Position numbers and translations under genes: made by a program
Shown here: in pieces, positions 28,277-38,538 of the stretch
Numbering within the stretch: the first letter of the stretch is position 1
Layout of the letters: every line of letters begins with the position of its first letter
The notes under the pieces: model-generated
The model's database searches: none
The model's input: only the letters and a program-made list of their open reading frames with translations
Told to the model about the DNA's origin: nothing
DNA from: Candidatus Kerfeldbacteria bacterium
Lineage (GTDB): Bacteria; Patescibacteriota; Patescibacteriia; SBBC01; CAIJZX01
Length of the DNA stretch: 64,000 bases
Direction: 5' to 3'
NCBI GenBank assembly: GCA_903825245.1
Contig: CAIJZX010000016.1
Span: forward strand, 66,100-130,099

Positions 28277-29050
28277 ATGCACCGCCAGACTATCCGGCTT
28301 CTCGACGTCACCTTCGATAATCTGACCCAAGCCGAAGCAATCCATAAAGCTACCGAATTCCTGGAGGAACGACGTTTCCACCTTATCGTCACGCCTGGTC
28401 CAGAATTTTTACTCGAAGCGACCGCTCATCAGCAGTTCCGCGACATCCTAAATCACGCTGATTTATCGATCGCCGACGGCATGGGTATCCACCTTGGCAC
28501 GCGTCTAACTGGACAGCGGCTACGCCAGCGCATTCCCGGCGCTGATTTTGTTCTTGACTTGATGTCAGTTGCGGCGAAAAAAGGATCACGCGTCTTTCTG
28601 TTCGGCGCAAAGAATGGCGTCGCTGAACAAGCGACGAAAAAACTTTTACAGTTGTACCCAACCCTTAATATTGTCGGCATCGAATCTGGCTCGCGCGGTC
28701 ATTGGACAAAACTTCATGACCATCGGATTGTGGAACGAATTCACCTGGCAAAACCGGATATTCTGTTGGTAGCGCTCGGCGCACCGAAACAAGAATTGTG
28801 GATTGATCAACATCGCGCCGCACTACACAATGTCCGCATTGCGATCGGCGTCGGCCGTACCTTTGATTACCTTGCCGGAACGATCAAGCGCGCGCCAAAA
28901 GTTATGCGCGACACGGGATTCGAATGGCTCCACACCTACCTCAATGCCGGGAAATATTACCAACCGGAACATCGCCGTCAACGCGTCACCAATGCCACCG
29001 TCCGATTTATTATAGAACTAGCCAAACATCACCGTGCCCCACGATACTAA
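28277..29050 (+). CDS. WecB/TagA/CpsF glycosyltransferase
   Basis: ADGMG, RIPGAD, VALGAPKQELW, GVG.TFD...KRAP...GFEW. Confidence 0.92.
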   Translation: MHRQTIRLLDVTFDNLTQAEAIHKATEFLEERRFHLIVTPGPEFLLEATAHQQFRDILNHADLSIADGMGIHLGTRLTGQRLRQRIPGADFVLDLMSVAAKKGSRVFLFGAKNGVAEQATKKLLQLYPTLNIVGIESGSRGHWTKLHDHRIVERIHLAKPDILLVALGAPKQELWIDQHRAALHNVRIAIGVGRTFDYLAGTIKRAPKVMRDTGFEWLHTYLNAGKYYQPEHRRQRVTNATVRFIIELAKHHRAPRY

Positions 29051-30497
29051 TATTCGCGTTCGCTTCGCTCCGTCACCAACCGGCGATCCGCATATCGGCA
29101 GTATGTGGACGGCGCTGTTCAATTGGTTATTCGCCAAACATGTTGGCGGAACATTTATGTTACGCATCGAAGATACCGATCAAAAAAGATTTGTCGAAGG
29201 CTCAACGGAAAAGATTTTTGAAGCGCTTGATTGGTACGGCTTAACACCCGACGAAGGACCTCAGCAAGGTGGCCAGTTCGCACCGTACGTGCAAAGCGAA
29301 CGACTTGATCGTTATCGCCAATATGCCGAACAACTCGTCACCAATGGCAAAGCGTATTACTGTTTTTGCACGCCGGAACGACTCGATCAACTGCGCGCCG
29401 CACAAACAGCCGCGAAACAACAACCGAAATATGACAAGCATTGTGCGACGCTTACATCAGATGAGGTCGCCACCCACAAACAAGCAGGGGAAACATATAC
29501 GATCCGCATGAAATTGCCGGAGTCGGGAATTCTCGTACACCACGATATTATTCGCGGCACGGTAAAGTTCCAGTACAATGTACTCGACGATAGTGTCATC
29601 CTCAAAACGGACGGGTACCCGACATACCATTTGGCGAACGTCGTTGATGATCACGACATGGGCATCAGTCATGTCATCCGCGCCGAGGAGTGGTTGCCGT
29701 CGGTACCGAAACACCTGTTTCTTTACGAGGCATTCGGTTGGACGCCGCCAGTCTTTGCTCACTTGCCGTTACTGCTCGGCACTGACCGGGCGAAGCTTTC
29801 GAAACGCCACGGCGCAACCTCTGCACTATCGTTCCGCGATGAAGGATACTTGCCGGAAGCGTTAACGAATTTCTTAGCGCTCATGGGTTGGCATCCGAAA
29901 GATGAGCAAGAAATTTTTACCCGCGAAAAACTGGTTGAACAATTTTCGCTCGAAGGCATCAATCCGTCCGGTGCTGTCTTTGATCGCACGAAGCTCGATT
30001 GGATGAACGGCATGTACATTCGCGCACTCAGCGTCGAACAGCTCCTTGAACGACTTCGCCCGTTTTGGAAATTGCCTGATGAAAAACACGAAGATTCCGA
30101 ATTACTGAATATCGTTCGATTGATACACGATCGTTTAGTTCGACTAACCGACATTAACGACTTTGCAAATTTTATGTTCCCGTCGGTATGGGACACTGAA
30201 TTGCCAACCATTGATCGCGCAATCTTCGTACCGAAGAAGGGGACAATTGAGGCGACGAATCATCACCTCGAACAAACGGCGAAATGGCTATCAGCCTACA
30301 ACGGCGAATGGAAATCAGCGACACTAAAAGAGCAAATGATTGCTGCGATCGCCAGCATGGGAAAAAAGAACGGCGAAATTTTGTGGCCCTTACGGGCAGC
30401 ACTGAGCTTACGTGCCGCCAGTCCTGATGTTTTTGACCTACTCGAGGTATTAGGAAAAGAAGAAAGTATTCGGAGAATTGAGCATGTTTGCAGATAA
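29034..30497 (+). CDS. gltX: Glutamate--tRNA ligase
   Basis: RFAPSPTG.PHIG, LRIEDTD, KLSKR. Confidence 0.96.
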   Translation: MPHDTNIRVRFAPSPTGDPHIGSMWTALFNWLFAKHVGGTFMLRIEDTDQKRFVEGSTEKIFEALDWYGLTPDEGPQQGGQFAPYVQSERLDRYRQYAEQLVTNGKAYYCFCTPERLDQLRAAQTAAKQQPKYDKHCATLTSDEVATHKQAGETYTIRMKLPESGILVHHDIIRGTVKFQYNVLDDSVILKTDGYPTYHLANVVDDHDMGISHVIRAEEWLPSVPKHLFLYEAFGWTPPVFAHLPLLLGTDRAKLSKRHGATSALSFRDEGYLPEALTNFLALMGWHPKDEQEIFTREKLVEQFSLEGINPSGAVFDRTKLDWMNGMYIRALSVEQLLERLRPFWKLPDEKHEDSELLNIVRLIHDRLVRLTDINDFANFMFPSVWDTELPTIDRAIFVPKKGTIEATNHHLEQTAKWLSAYNGEWKSATLKEQMIAAIASMGKKNGEILWPLRAALSLRAASPDVFDLLEVLGKEESIRRIEHVCR

Positions 30498-30568
30498 TTG
30501 CGTTCAGTTCAAGTTCAGACAACGGTATTGACTACAATGCTGATTTTTGCTATGATTGTCACGTCAGT

Positions 30569-31996
30569 ATGAATATAAAACGAAATACAAAACAGCATAT
30601 TTTAGCGCTACTCGCCATCGGCGGGCTGGTTGTTTTACCGTATCAAACAATCGCCCAAACACCACCGGTTAGCCCGGCGGATAACTCATTCAATCGAACG
30701 GCTGACCCGAATCAAGCCGGAACCGGTTGTGTCAACAATCCAACAGCTTGTGCTGAAATCAACGCCCAAATTGCTGAGAATCAACAGAAATTGGACACAT
30801 TGAATCAGCAGAAAAGCCAATACCAGCAACAAATCGATCAAGCGCAGGGCGAAATTTCCACTATCCAATCACAACTCAATGACATCAGCAACGAAATTGC
30901 CTTAACCGAGGTAAATATTCAACAGAGCCAAACGCAAATTGATTCATTACAACTCCAAGTAAAATCACTGCAGCTTTCGATCGACGAGAAAAATGCCCAG
31001 ATTGAGCAGGGGAAGGGAAATTTAGCCGACATGATCCGAGAGCTTGACGCGAACTCTAGAACATCGACACTATCCTTGGTCTTGCAGAACAACAGTTTCA
31101 ATGAATTCTTTAGTGTTGCCCAAGCACAAGCCCAGCTCGGTGATTCATTGAACGCCAGCATTACCACTATCAAACAAGCCAAGAATGATTTGGTCAGCAA
31201 GCAGCAGGATGTAGCCGATCTGGAATCACAAAAACAGGCCGACCAAGCTCAGCTTAAAGTCCAGGAGCAAAGCGCCCAGCAACAAGCGGACTATAAACAA
31301 CAACTGCTTGGAGATTCAAAAAAGAGTGCCTCACAATACCAGCAACTCTTATCTGAGAGTGTTGATGAATCAAATCAAGTTAATGCGGCCATTGATCAAC
31401 TCCAGGTCAACCTCAGCCAGGTTCTCAGTGGTGCCGCTATCGCCGAAGCGCAACAACCAAGTCCAAAAGGATTCATCTGGCCCATCTCACCTGGTGCCAC
31501 CGGCATTTTGATTAACGCCTATTTTCATGAACCAGGCTACTCCAATCACCAAGGAATCGATCTTGATGCCGATCAGGGAACGCCGGTACTCGCAGCGGCG
31601 AGCGGTTATGCTTACCGTGTCAGTGAACCTACAAGTGACCCTCATCAACTGAGCGTCTTCGCTATTCAACACGGTGGAAATATCGCCACGCTCTATCTCC
31701 ACCTTACTGCTTTTGCTCCAAGCATAAAAACCGGTGACTATGTCGTCGCCGGTCAAGTCATCGGCTACAGCGGCGGTATCCGCGGCACGAGTGGCGTCGG
31801 CTGGTGTGGTAGTAATTGGTGTTCAACCGGAGCCCACCTTCACTTTCAAGTGAATGCCGGAGCCGACCTGAGTAAATTACAATCATCGGGACACAGCGCA
31901 CTCGGGTATCCAGTCAAACCGCTTTCGTATTTACCGAGTGGCAGTATTGCTAACCCCAGCATGACTAATCCCGTTCCGGATCCGGTTAACGATTAA
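30569..31996 (+). CDS. Coiled-coil plus M23 peptidase (EnvC/CwlO-like murein hydrolase)
   Basis: Signal peptide, long Gln-rich coiled coil, HQGIDL, YLHL, STGAHLHF; start MNIKRN. Confidence 0.85.
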   Translation: MNIKRNTKQHILALLAIGGLVVLPYQTIAQTPPVSPADNSFNRTADPNQAGTGCVNNPTACAEINAQIAENQQKLDTLNQQKSQYQQQIDQAQGEISTIQSQLNDISNEIALTEVNIQQSQTQIDSLQLQVKSLQLSIDEKNAQIEQGKGNLADMIRELDANSRTSTLSLVLQNNSFNEFFSVAQAQAQLGDSLNASITTIKQAKNDLVSKQQDVADLESQKQADQAQLKVQEQSAQQQADYKQQLLGDSKKSASQYQQLLSESVDESNQVNAAIDQLQVNLSQVLSGAAIAEAQQPSPKGFIWPISPGATGILINAYFHEPGYSNHQGIDLDADQGTPVLAAASGYAYRVSEPTSDPHQLSVFAIQHGGNIATLYLHLTAFAPSIKTGDYVVAGQVIGYSGGIRGTSGVGWCGSNWCSTGAHLHFQVNAGADLSKLQSSGHSALGYPVKPLSYLPSGSIANPSMTNPVPDPVND

Positions 31997-32292
31997 CAGG
32001 TTAGGCCATACGAAGTCCTTAGCGGGCTTTTTGATATCCCTACAACCCCATGCGGGGGAGTACTATAATTACGATATTCAAAAATCAGAATATTTTTTGA
32101 TTTATTATTTAAGTATTCAAATTAAAAAAAGTACACACAACAACAATGAGTACATTATTCACCTCTAGTCTTTCACTATAAATTAAACCCCACATATTCG
32201 AGGGGAGTGCCCGTTTTCCTTATGTTTCCTGAACACTATGCGTCGCAGAATATACCTTTTACGTCACTAGAGAAGAGCGTTGAGAAGTATCG

Positions 32293-33303
32293 CTATTGCA
32301 CGTACGCCCGTCCCGCGAAACGAACATCAATGATCTTATAGTTCTCGTTCGGCATTGCCATCACCCGATGTAATGTCTGTACAGCTTGTTGTAGGTCTCC
32401 GTGACGGTCAAAATACGCTATTGGCCCTTTCTCGACCTGTACGCGTATTTCGTCGCTGCTGAACTTGAGGGCTGCCACATCACATGGCGGCGTCTCCGGC
32501 GTCGTCGTAACGTTCGTATTGAGGTTGAGAATGCTCACATTGGTATTTGTAGCGTTCATATTAGTGTTGACAATCGAACTATTGGTATTCGCAATGTTTG
32601 TATTGGTTACCACTGGAACCGGCTCAGGACAGGTTGGCACTGGGATAATGAAGTTTTGAATGGGAACATTTACCGTCTGCAAATACCCTGCTAGATCTTG
32701 TACGGCCGTCATCACTTCATGTTTTACGACACTAGCATCAACAGTAAATAGTGCCGACGATGCATCAACGATAAGCGGCAGACGTTCAACAGCTGTCGCA
32801 CGCATATCAATGATAACACCCTGACGATCGATTGAGCCGAACGTCGTTCCGTTCGACCACGTCGCCACCGGTGTTCGTTCAGCCACGACTACGTTTATTG
32901 TATGCGGCGCTTGCTTGGTGATGGTCACGCCCTCGATGGAAAGGCGTTTTCGAATTGCCGTTTCTAAATCTTTCTGTAACCCACTAACCGATAGCACCCA
33001 CATCGTCCGGTTCGGCAGAACCAGCAACCGTGAGCGATCGAGATACTGCTCCGTCACCGTCTTCACGCTCTTCGGTGTAATGAGTCGCGTACCACTGACC
33101 GTGACGGTTGTTATGTGAAATAACGGACCATACGTGAGCCAGCCTGCACCCGCTACTAATAAACAAATCACTGTTGCGGTAATGACTTGCTGTCGAAACG
33201 CTGACCACTTCCCCGGCTCAGTCACGTACATTGGCGTCGCTGATTGGTGCGGTCCAATCAGCTCAGGCTTTGGTACGATGCGTTTTTGTTTTCCGAAAGC
33301 CAT
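32293..33303 (-). CDS. FtsQ/DivIB-like POTRA protein
   Basis: TM, LFHITTVTVSG POTRA start, VVAERTP, C-terminal IIDVRF. Confidence 0.75.
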   Translation of the reverse strand: MAFGKQKRIVPKPELIGPHQSATPMYVTEPGKWSAFRQQVITATVICLLVAGAGWLTYGPLFHITTVTVSGTRLITPKSVKTVTEQYLDRSRLLVLPNRTMWVLSVSGLQKDLETAIRKRLSIEGVTITKQAPHTINVVVAERTPVATWSNGTTFGSIDRQGVIIDMRATAVERLPLIVDASSALFTVDASVVKHEVMTAVQDLAGYLQTVNVPIQNFIIPVPTCPEPVPVVTNTNIANTNSSIVNTNMNATNTNVSILNLNTNVTTTPETPPCDVAALKFSSDEIRVQVEKGPIAYFDRHGDLQQAVQTLHRVMAMPNENYKIIDVRFAGRAYVQ

Positions 33304-33306
33304 AGG

Positions 33307-34425
33307 TTAGACGAGAATGCGCGGTAGTGACCAATTGATGCGGGTCGTCACTTCATACGGAATCGTACCACACAACTCAGCCATCGTCGCGGCATCATTC
33401 TTTTCGCCAATGAGGGTGACGACATCATTCGCTTGTGCGCCGGGAATCTTGGTTACATCGATCATACACAAATTCATGCAGATCCGTCCGACAATCGGCG
33501 CGCGCTGTTTACGGATAATGACAAAGCCGCGATTCGATAGTCGCCGATCATACCCGTCGGCATACCCGACTGGCAGAACGCCGATACGCATGGCCTGTTT
33601 GGCAATGACGGTTGAACCATACCCAATACCGGTTCCTGGCGACACAGTTTTCACTTGCGCTAACCTCGCGTACCAGGACAACACCGGCTGGAGTTTTACC
33701 GTGCCTAAATTTGCTCTACACCAATCGCGAGATTCCTGACTAGGCCAAATACCATACAGACCAATACCAAGCCGTACAAGGCCAAATCTGGCCTCTGGAT
33801 AGCGTAAAATAGCCGCGGTACAGGCAATATGCCGCTCTCCTCCCCCATCCGCCCCCACCTCATTTGCCAGTGTCGTAAAACGTTTTAATTGTTCTTGAGT
33901 TCGTTTAGATACTCGTTCCTCGGCATTAGCAAAATGCGAAAACGTTCCAGCAATATTGAGTGCCGAATTCTTCAACGCAGACTTGATAAGATTCACTTGA
34001 TTTGGTAAAAAACCAATGCGTGTCGTACCAGTATCAATTTTGATGTGAACTTGTGGGCGTATCTGGAATTTTTTTCCAGAGCGTACCACTGCTCGTAGTG
34101 ACGATTGGTCCCATACCACAAGTTCGATGCGATTTTTTATCAGTTCTGGTAGCTCCTTTGTTTGCCAGTTACTCAAAACCACAACGCGACCGCGATACCC
34201 GATTGCTCGCGCCTGTAATGCTTCATCACCGTAAGCAACGCCAATACCCCACTGCGATTGTCCACGCAGTGACGACACTATCTCCGCCACGCCATGTCCA
34301 TAAGCATTAGCTTTCACTACCGGCATGATCTTCACCGACGGACCAACCACGCGCTGGATTGTTCGAAGATTGTGCCGCTGTGCTGAGCGCGAAATCTCGA
34401 TCCAGGTTCGTGGCGAATTGGACAT
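33307..34425 (-). CDS. alr: Alanine racemase
   Basis: VVKANAYGHG, HIKIDTG..RIG, GYADG, VGRICM. Confidence 0.95.
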   Translation of the reverse strand: MSNSPRTWIEISRSAQRHNLRTIQRVVGPSVKIMPVVKANAYGHGVAEIVSSLRGQSQWGIGVAYGDEALQARAIGYRGRVVVLSNWQTKELPELIKNRIELVVWDQSSLRAVVRSGKKFQIRPQVHIKIDTGTTRIGFLPNQVNLIKSALKNSALNIAGTFSHFANAEERVSKRTQEQLKRFTTLANEVGADGGGERHIACTAAILRYPEARFGLVRLGIGLYGIWPSQESRDWCRANLGTVKLQPVLSWYARLAQVKTVSPGTGIGYGSTVIAKQAMRIGVLPVGYADGYDRRLSNRGFVIIRKQRAPIVGRICMNLCMIDVTKIPGAQANDVVTLIGEKNDAATMAELCGTIPYEVTTRINWSLPRILV

Positions 34426-34433
34426 GCGAAACG

Positions 34434-35684
34434 TTATGGCTTGATAACCTTCAACCCGTGCATGTACGGCTGGAGGACTTTCGGAATTTTGATTGAGCCG
34501 TCCGGCTGTTGGTAGTTCTCAATAATCGCAATCAACGTCCGGCCGACGGCGAAGGCAGTACCGTTCAACATGTGGACGAATTCTTTTTTGCCATTTCGCT
34601 CAATTTTAATATTTAAGGCACGCGATTGATAATCCGTCGTCGTCGATGTTGACGACACTTCGCGATATTCATTCTGCCCCGGCATCCAAGCTTCAATATC
34701 GTACGTTCGCGCGCTTGGCCAGCTGATATCGCCGGTGCAGAGATTGAGTACGCGGTACGGAATATCGAGCCCTTGCCACAATTTCTCCTCAAGCGACAGA
34801 ATGAGCAGATGTTCTTGGTCGGATTGCTCCGGCGTGGTGAACGAAAACATTTCCAGTTTATCAAATTGGTGGACGCGGAGAATTCCTTTCGTGTCCTTGC
34901 CGTAGCTTCCCGCTTCGCGGCGGAAACATGTGGAGAACGACAGATAGCGTTTTGGCAGGTCCGATTCTTGAAATACTTCATCGCGATGCATCGGCCCGAC
35001 GGATTGTTCCGACGTACCGACGAGGTACAGTTTATCTTTGTCGAAGTGGTAGGTTTCATCCTCGCCGCCGCCATTCAAATAACCCATGGCCGCCATATTT
35101 TCCTCTTTAATCATCACCGGCGGCACGACCATGGTAAATCCTTGTTTCAAAATCACCGACTGCGCATACTGCACGAGGGCAAATTCAAGCTGAGCAATCG
35201 GGCCAAGCAGATACCCGAATCGTGAACCGGAAACTTTACTCGCCCGGCGGACGTCAATCAACTCTGCCGGTTCCGTCAGCGCCAAGTAGTCTTTCGGATC
35301 TGCGATGTTTTTTTTCTTGCCAACATCGCGCAGGACAACATTTCCCGCTTCATCGTCCCCTGCCGGTACGTCATCGCGCGGAATATTCGGCATGACAATT
35401 TCCTCGACGCCATTCTTGGCTTTCTTCAAAACAGTAATGCGATCAGAAATAGGTTTTAGTTCAGCGATTTTTTTCTTTTTTTCTTCAACCGAAAGCGTCG
35501 GGATGATTTTGCTGGCTTCATTTACCTGGGCCTGCAATTGTTCGAGTTCCTGCTGGGAATCCGATTGCCCATGGGCAGAATCTGCTTTCAGCGCGCTGAG
35601 TAAACCGACAAACTTTTTTCCCCGACGTGAAATTGCCTGGTAGTATTTTTCCGGATTGTCGCGGTAGTCTTTGAGATCAATCAT
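34434..35684 (-). CDS. serS: Serine--tRNA ligase
   Basis: GTSEQ, FRREAGSYGKDTKGILRVHQFDKLE, HMLNGTA. Confidence 0.96.
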   Translation of the reverse strand: MIDLKDYRDNPEKYYQAISRRGKKFVGLLSALKADSAHGQSDSQQELEQLQAQVNEASKIIPTLSVEEKKKKIAELKPISDRITVLKKAKNGVEEIVMPNIPRDDVPAGDDEAGNVVLRDVGKKKNIADPKDYLALTEPAELIDVRRASKVSGSRFGYLLGPIAQLEFALVQYAQSVILKQGFTMVVPPVMIKEENMAAMGYLNGGGEDETYHFDKDKLYLVGTSEQSVGPMHRDEVFQESDLPKRYLSFSTCFRREAGSYGKDTKGILRVHQFDKLEMFSFTTPEQSDQEHLLILSLEEKLWQGLDIPYRVLNLCTGDISWPSARTYDIEAWMPGQNEYREVSSTSTTTDYQSRALNIKIERNGKKEFVHMLNGTAFAVGRTLIAIIENYQQPDGSIKIPKVLQPYMHGLKVIKP

Positions 35685-35819
35685 CCCGTTAGAAGTGAAT
35701 TATAATAATCTATACTTGTCACCATGCTGTACCCTATTGTATTTTCTACTATCTACGAACGATTCATATCGTTTGGGAATTAGAGGTCTGCCTAACTTTT
35801 TTCTTCACTTCTAACGGGA
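35684..35819. mobile_element. YCCCGTTAGA/TCTAACGGGR element, copy C
   Basis: Perfect IR tcccgttagaagtgaa / ttcacttctaacggga flanked by TCA on both sides. Confidence 0.8.
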
Positions 35820-36424
35820 TCATGGTAGAACTGTTGAATGTGTGGAAGAAGTTTTAATAATGCTTGACGACGATGATTCAGTTCGGGATGTTCTTTTTTT
35901 GCTTGAACATACCACTGCTGAAACTGCGGTAAGTATAGAAGAACATCGAACGGATAGCCAGGTGTCATCTGTAGGTCGCTTGGCTGTAATACCCCCGGAA
36001 CGACGCCTTCAGCCTGTGCAAACTGATCATCACCAAACATAAACGTTACCACATTCCGAAGTTGCATCTGCCGTTGATCGGCCGGAATAGCTTTCGTTGC
36101 CGCGATGGCCTTGGTTCGAATAACCTCGTCCGTTAATTCTTCCTCACTATCCCAACGCCGCGTTCTAACACCTGGTGCGCCATGGAGAAAGGCAATTTCC
36201 GCTCCGCTATCGTCAGTCAGACAAGGCACGTGCACTCGTTCCCAATAGAATGTCGCTTTGGCTAACGAATTTTGTTCAAAAGTTGACGCATCTTCCGCCG
36301 GTGAATCAGTAATTCCACATTCAACGGGCGTGATGAGTTCAAGATCAAGTCCACCAAGAATAGCTTGGAAATCTTTAAGCTTCTGAGGATTATTCGTGCC
36401 AATCAACAAACGACGGTCCTTCAT
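35792..36424 (-). CDS. Non-canonical purine NTP pyrophosphatase (HAM1/RdgB family)
   Basis: GTNNPQK, TFEQNS..KA, DDSG, GAPGV, NHR. Confidence 0.85.
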   Translation of the reverse strand: MKDRRLLIGTNNPQKLKDFQAILGGLDLELITPVECGITDSPAEDASTFEQNSLAKATFYWERVHVPCLTDDSGAEIAFLHGAPGVRTRRWDSEEELTDEVIRTKAIAATKAIPADQRQMQLRNVVTFMFGDDQFAQAEGVVPGVLQPSDLQMTPGYPFDVLLYLPQFQQWYVQAKKEHPELNHRRQALLKLLPHIQQFYHDPVRSEEKS

Positions 36425-37029
36425 AATCCGAGCTGTTCGTGAATAGATTGCATGGCGGTTAAAACAATTTGAAAATGTTCGTCTTCAGAAAGACCGAGCA
36501 GCGCAACGCCTTTCGTGATATCGTCGCGACTGACATTCCCCGCAAACGATTTCTGCTTGAGTTTCTTCTTGATGGATTCGATAGTAACATTAGCCAACTT
36601 TTTATCCGGCGTGACTAAAGCACAAGCGACAATCATTCCCGTCAGCTCATCGACTGCAAAAATGCATTTCTCCATCATCGATTCCGCTACCACACCGGTA
36701 TGCGGCGCATGAGCCAGAATTGCTTGGCGGATTTCTTTTGGAACTCCCCTGCTCTCAAGAATTGCCTGACCTTTCGTCGGGTGCTCTTCGAGCGACGGAT
36801 GGATTTCCCAATCAAAGTCGTGCAACAATCCGACTATGCCCCATTTTTCCGTGTCGCCACCAAACTTCAACGCATACACTTTCATCGCCGCTTCGCAGGC
36901 GTACATATGACGACGCAGATTTTCGTTTTTGACGAACTCATGAACGATCGCTAGCGCTTGGTCGCGGCCAAATCGCGGCTGTGCGGCAACCGCTGTCGGC
37001 CACGGTGAACGCACAACGTACGGACTCAT
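36421..37029 (-). CDS. HD-domain (HDIG-type) phosphohydrolase
   Basis: NLRRH, GLLHDFD, AILAH, AVDELTG. Confidence 0.85.
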   Translation of the reverse strand: MSPYVVRSPWPTAVAAQPRFGRDQALAIVHEFVKNENLRRHMYACEAAMKVYALKFGGDTEKWGIVGLLHDFDWEIHPSLEEHPTKGQAILESRGVPKEIRQAILAHAPHTGVVAESMMEKCIFAVDELTGMIVACALVTPDKKLANVTIESIKKKLKQKSFAGNVSRDDITKGVALLGLSEDEHFQIVLTAMQSIHEQLGL

Positions 37030-38480
37030 GGTTGTTCCGGTTTCAAGGTCGGAAAGAGAATCACATCCTTCAGCGCTTTCTGACCGGTGAATATCGCCGT
37101 CAACCGATCGATGCCGATACCGAGTCCGGAGGTCGGCGGCATACCGTACTCCAACGAGCGAATGTACGTTTCATCGATATTTTGGGCTTCGTCATCACCG
37201 CCAGCACGTAACTGCTCTTGCGCCTCAAACCGTTCGCGCTGATCAACCGGATCGTTGAGCTCACTAAACGCGTTGCCAAGCTCTGTCCCGGCCATGAGCG
37301 GCTGAAAGCGCTCTGTATAGTTTGGCTGATCGACCTTCTTTTTCGCGAGTGGGGAAAGTTCAAGTGGGTAATCGTAGACAATAGTTGGTGCAAGAAGTTT
37401 CGGTCGAACGTGCATTTTAAACAGTTCATCAATCATTTTCGGTCGCGACATACCGTCCGGTAAATCGGTTCCTTTTTTGCGGCCGAGTGTCCGTAATTCT
37501 TTACCATCAACGATATCAATATCAATACCGGTAGCATCAAGAATTGCCTGGTGATAGGAAAGACGCGGCCACGGTCGATCGAGTTGGTATGTCGTCTCAC
37601 CAATCGTGACTTCCGGTTTGCCGTTGATAGCTACTGCGACCGCACAAATCATTTTTTCCGTAAAATCCATCATCCAGCGATAATCGGTAAAGGCCGCGTA
37701 ACACTCCATCATGGTAAATTCTGGATTATGGTCGCGGTCGATACCTTCGTTGCGAAAGTTCCGTCCGATTTCATACACCCGACCAAGTCCAGCGACGATG
37801 AGGCGCTTTAAGTACAGTTCCGGTGCGACACGTAAAAACAAGTCGATATCCAAAGCATTGTGGTGGGTAACAAACGGTTTGGCTGTTGCACCTCCGGCAA
37901 TCGCATGTAAGGTTGGTGTTTCAACTTCGATGAAAGATTGTTCATCAAAGAAAGTACGCAATGCACGAAGAATTTTACTCCGAGCGATGAAAACTTTTTT
38001 TACTTCCGCGTTTGTCAGAATATCAAGTTCACGGTAACGGTACCGCGTTTCGACATCGGCTAATCCATGCCATTCTGACGGCAATGGTCGTAACGCTTTC
38101 CCCAGCCAGGTAATTTCCGACGCATCAACCGTCTGTTGTCCGCGCTTGGTGACAAAAGTTGAACCGTGAACACCGATAAAGTCACCGAGGTCGAGAGTTC
38201 CGGTTAGTTCGGCGAACGTGGCAATATTTTTCTTCTGCAAGAATATTTGTACCTCATCAGTTTCATCTTCGATACGTAAAAAGGCTGAACCGCCTTGTAA
38301 GCGAATAGCACGAACGCGTCCAGCTACAACCACTGATTCCCCATCGCTCCATTTCGACAACAATTGTTGAATCGTCGTCGTCCGTTGACTACGCGCTGGG
38401 TAGACATCAATACCGTCGTTGAGTAACTGTTCTCGGCGTTCAACACGAAGTTGTTCTTGATCTAGGCGTGGTTCGTTCAT
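37026..38480 (-). CDS. lysS: Lysine--tRNA ligase (class II)
   Basis: OB fold, APELYLKRL, FRNEG..HNPEFT, YGMPPTSGLGIGIDRL; start MNEPR 6 nt after TATTCT. Confidence 0.96.
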   Translation of the reverse strand: MNEPRLDQEQLRVERREQLLNDGIDVYPARSQRTTTIQQLLSKWSDGESVVVAGRVRAIRLQGGSAFLRIEDETDEVQIFLQKKNIATFAELTGTLDLGDFIGVHGSTFVTKRGQQTVDASEITWLGKALRPLPSEWHGLADVETRYRYRELDILTNAEVKKVFIARSKILRALRTFFDEQSFIEVETPTLHAIAGGATAKPFVTHHNALDIDLFLRVAPELYLKRLIVAGLGRVYEIGRNFRNEGIDRDHNPEFTMMECYAAFTDYRWMMDFTEKMICAVAVAINGKPEVTIGETTYQLDRPWPRLSYHQAILDATGIDIDIVDGKELRTLGRKKGTDLPDGMSRPKMIDELFKMHVRPKLLAPTIVYDYPLELSPLAKKKVDQPNYTERFQPLMAGTELGNAFSELNDPVDQRERFEAQEQLRAGGDDEAQNIDETYIRSLEYGMPPTSGLGIGIDRLTAIFTGQKALKDVILFPTLKPEQP

Positions 38481-38538
38481 GGGATCAGAATACCGCAAAA
38501 CAGGCTATTCAGCAATCCCAAACGAGTCCAAGTTGCAC

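Noticed and set aside
31997-32292. Replication terminus or dif site at the plus-to-minus gene orientation switch
   Set aside because: No convincing XerC/XerD dif match, and by eye the plus strand stays C-rich on both sides, so no skew inversion
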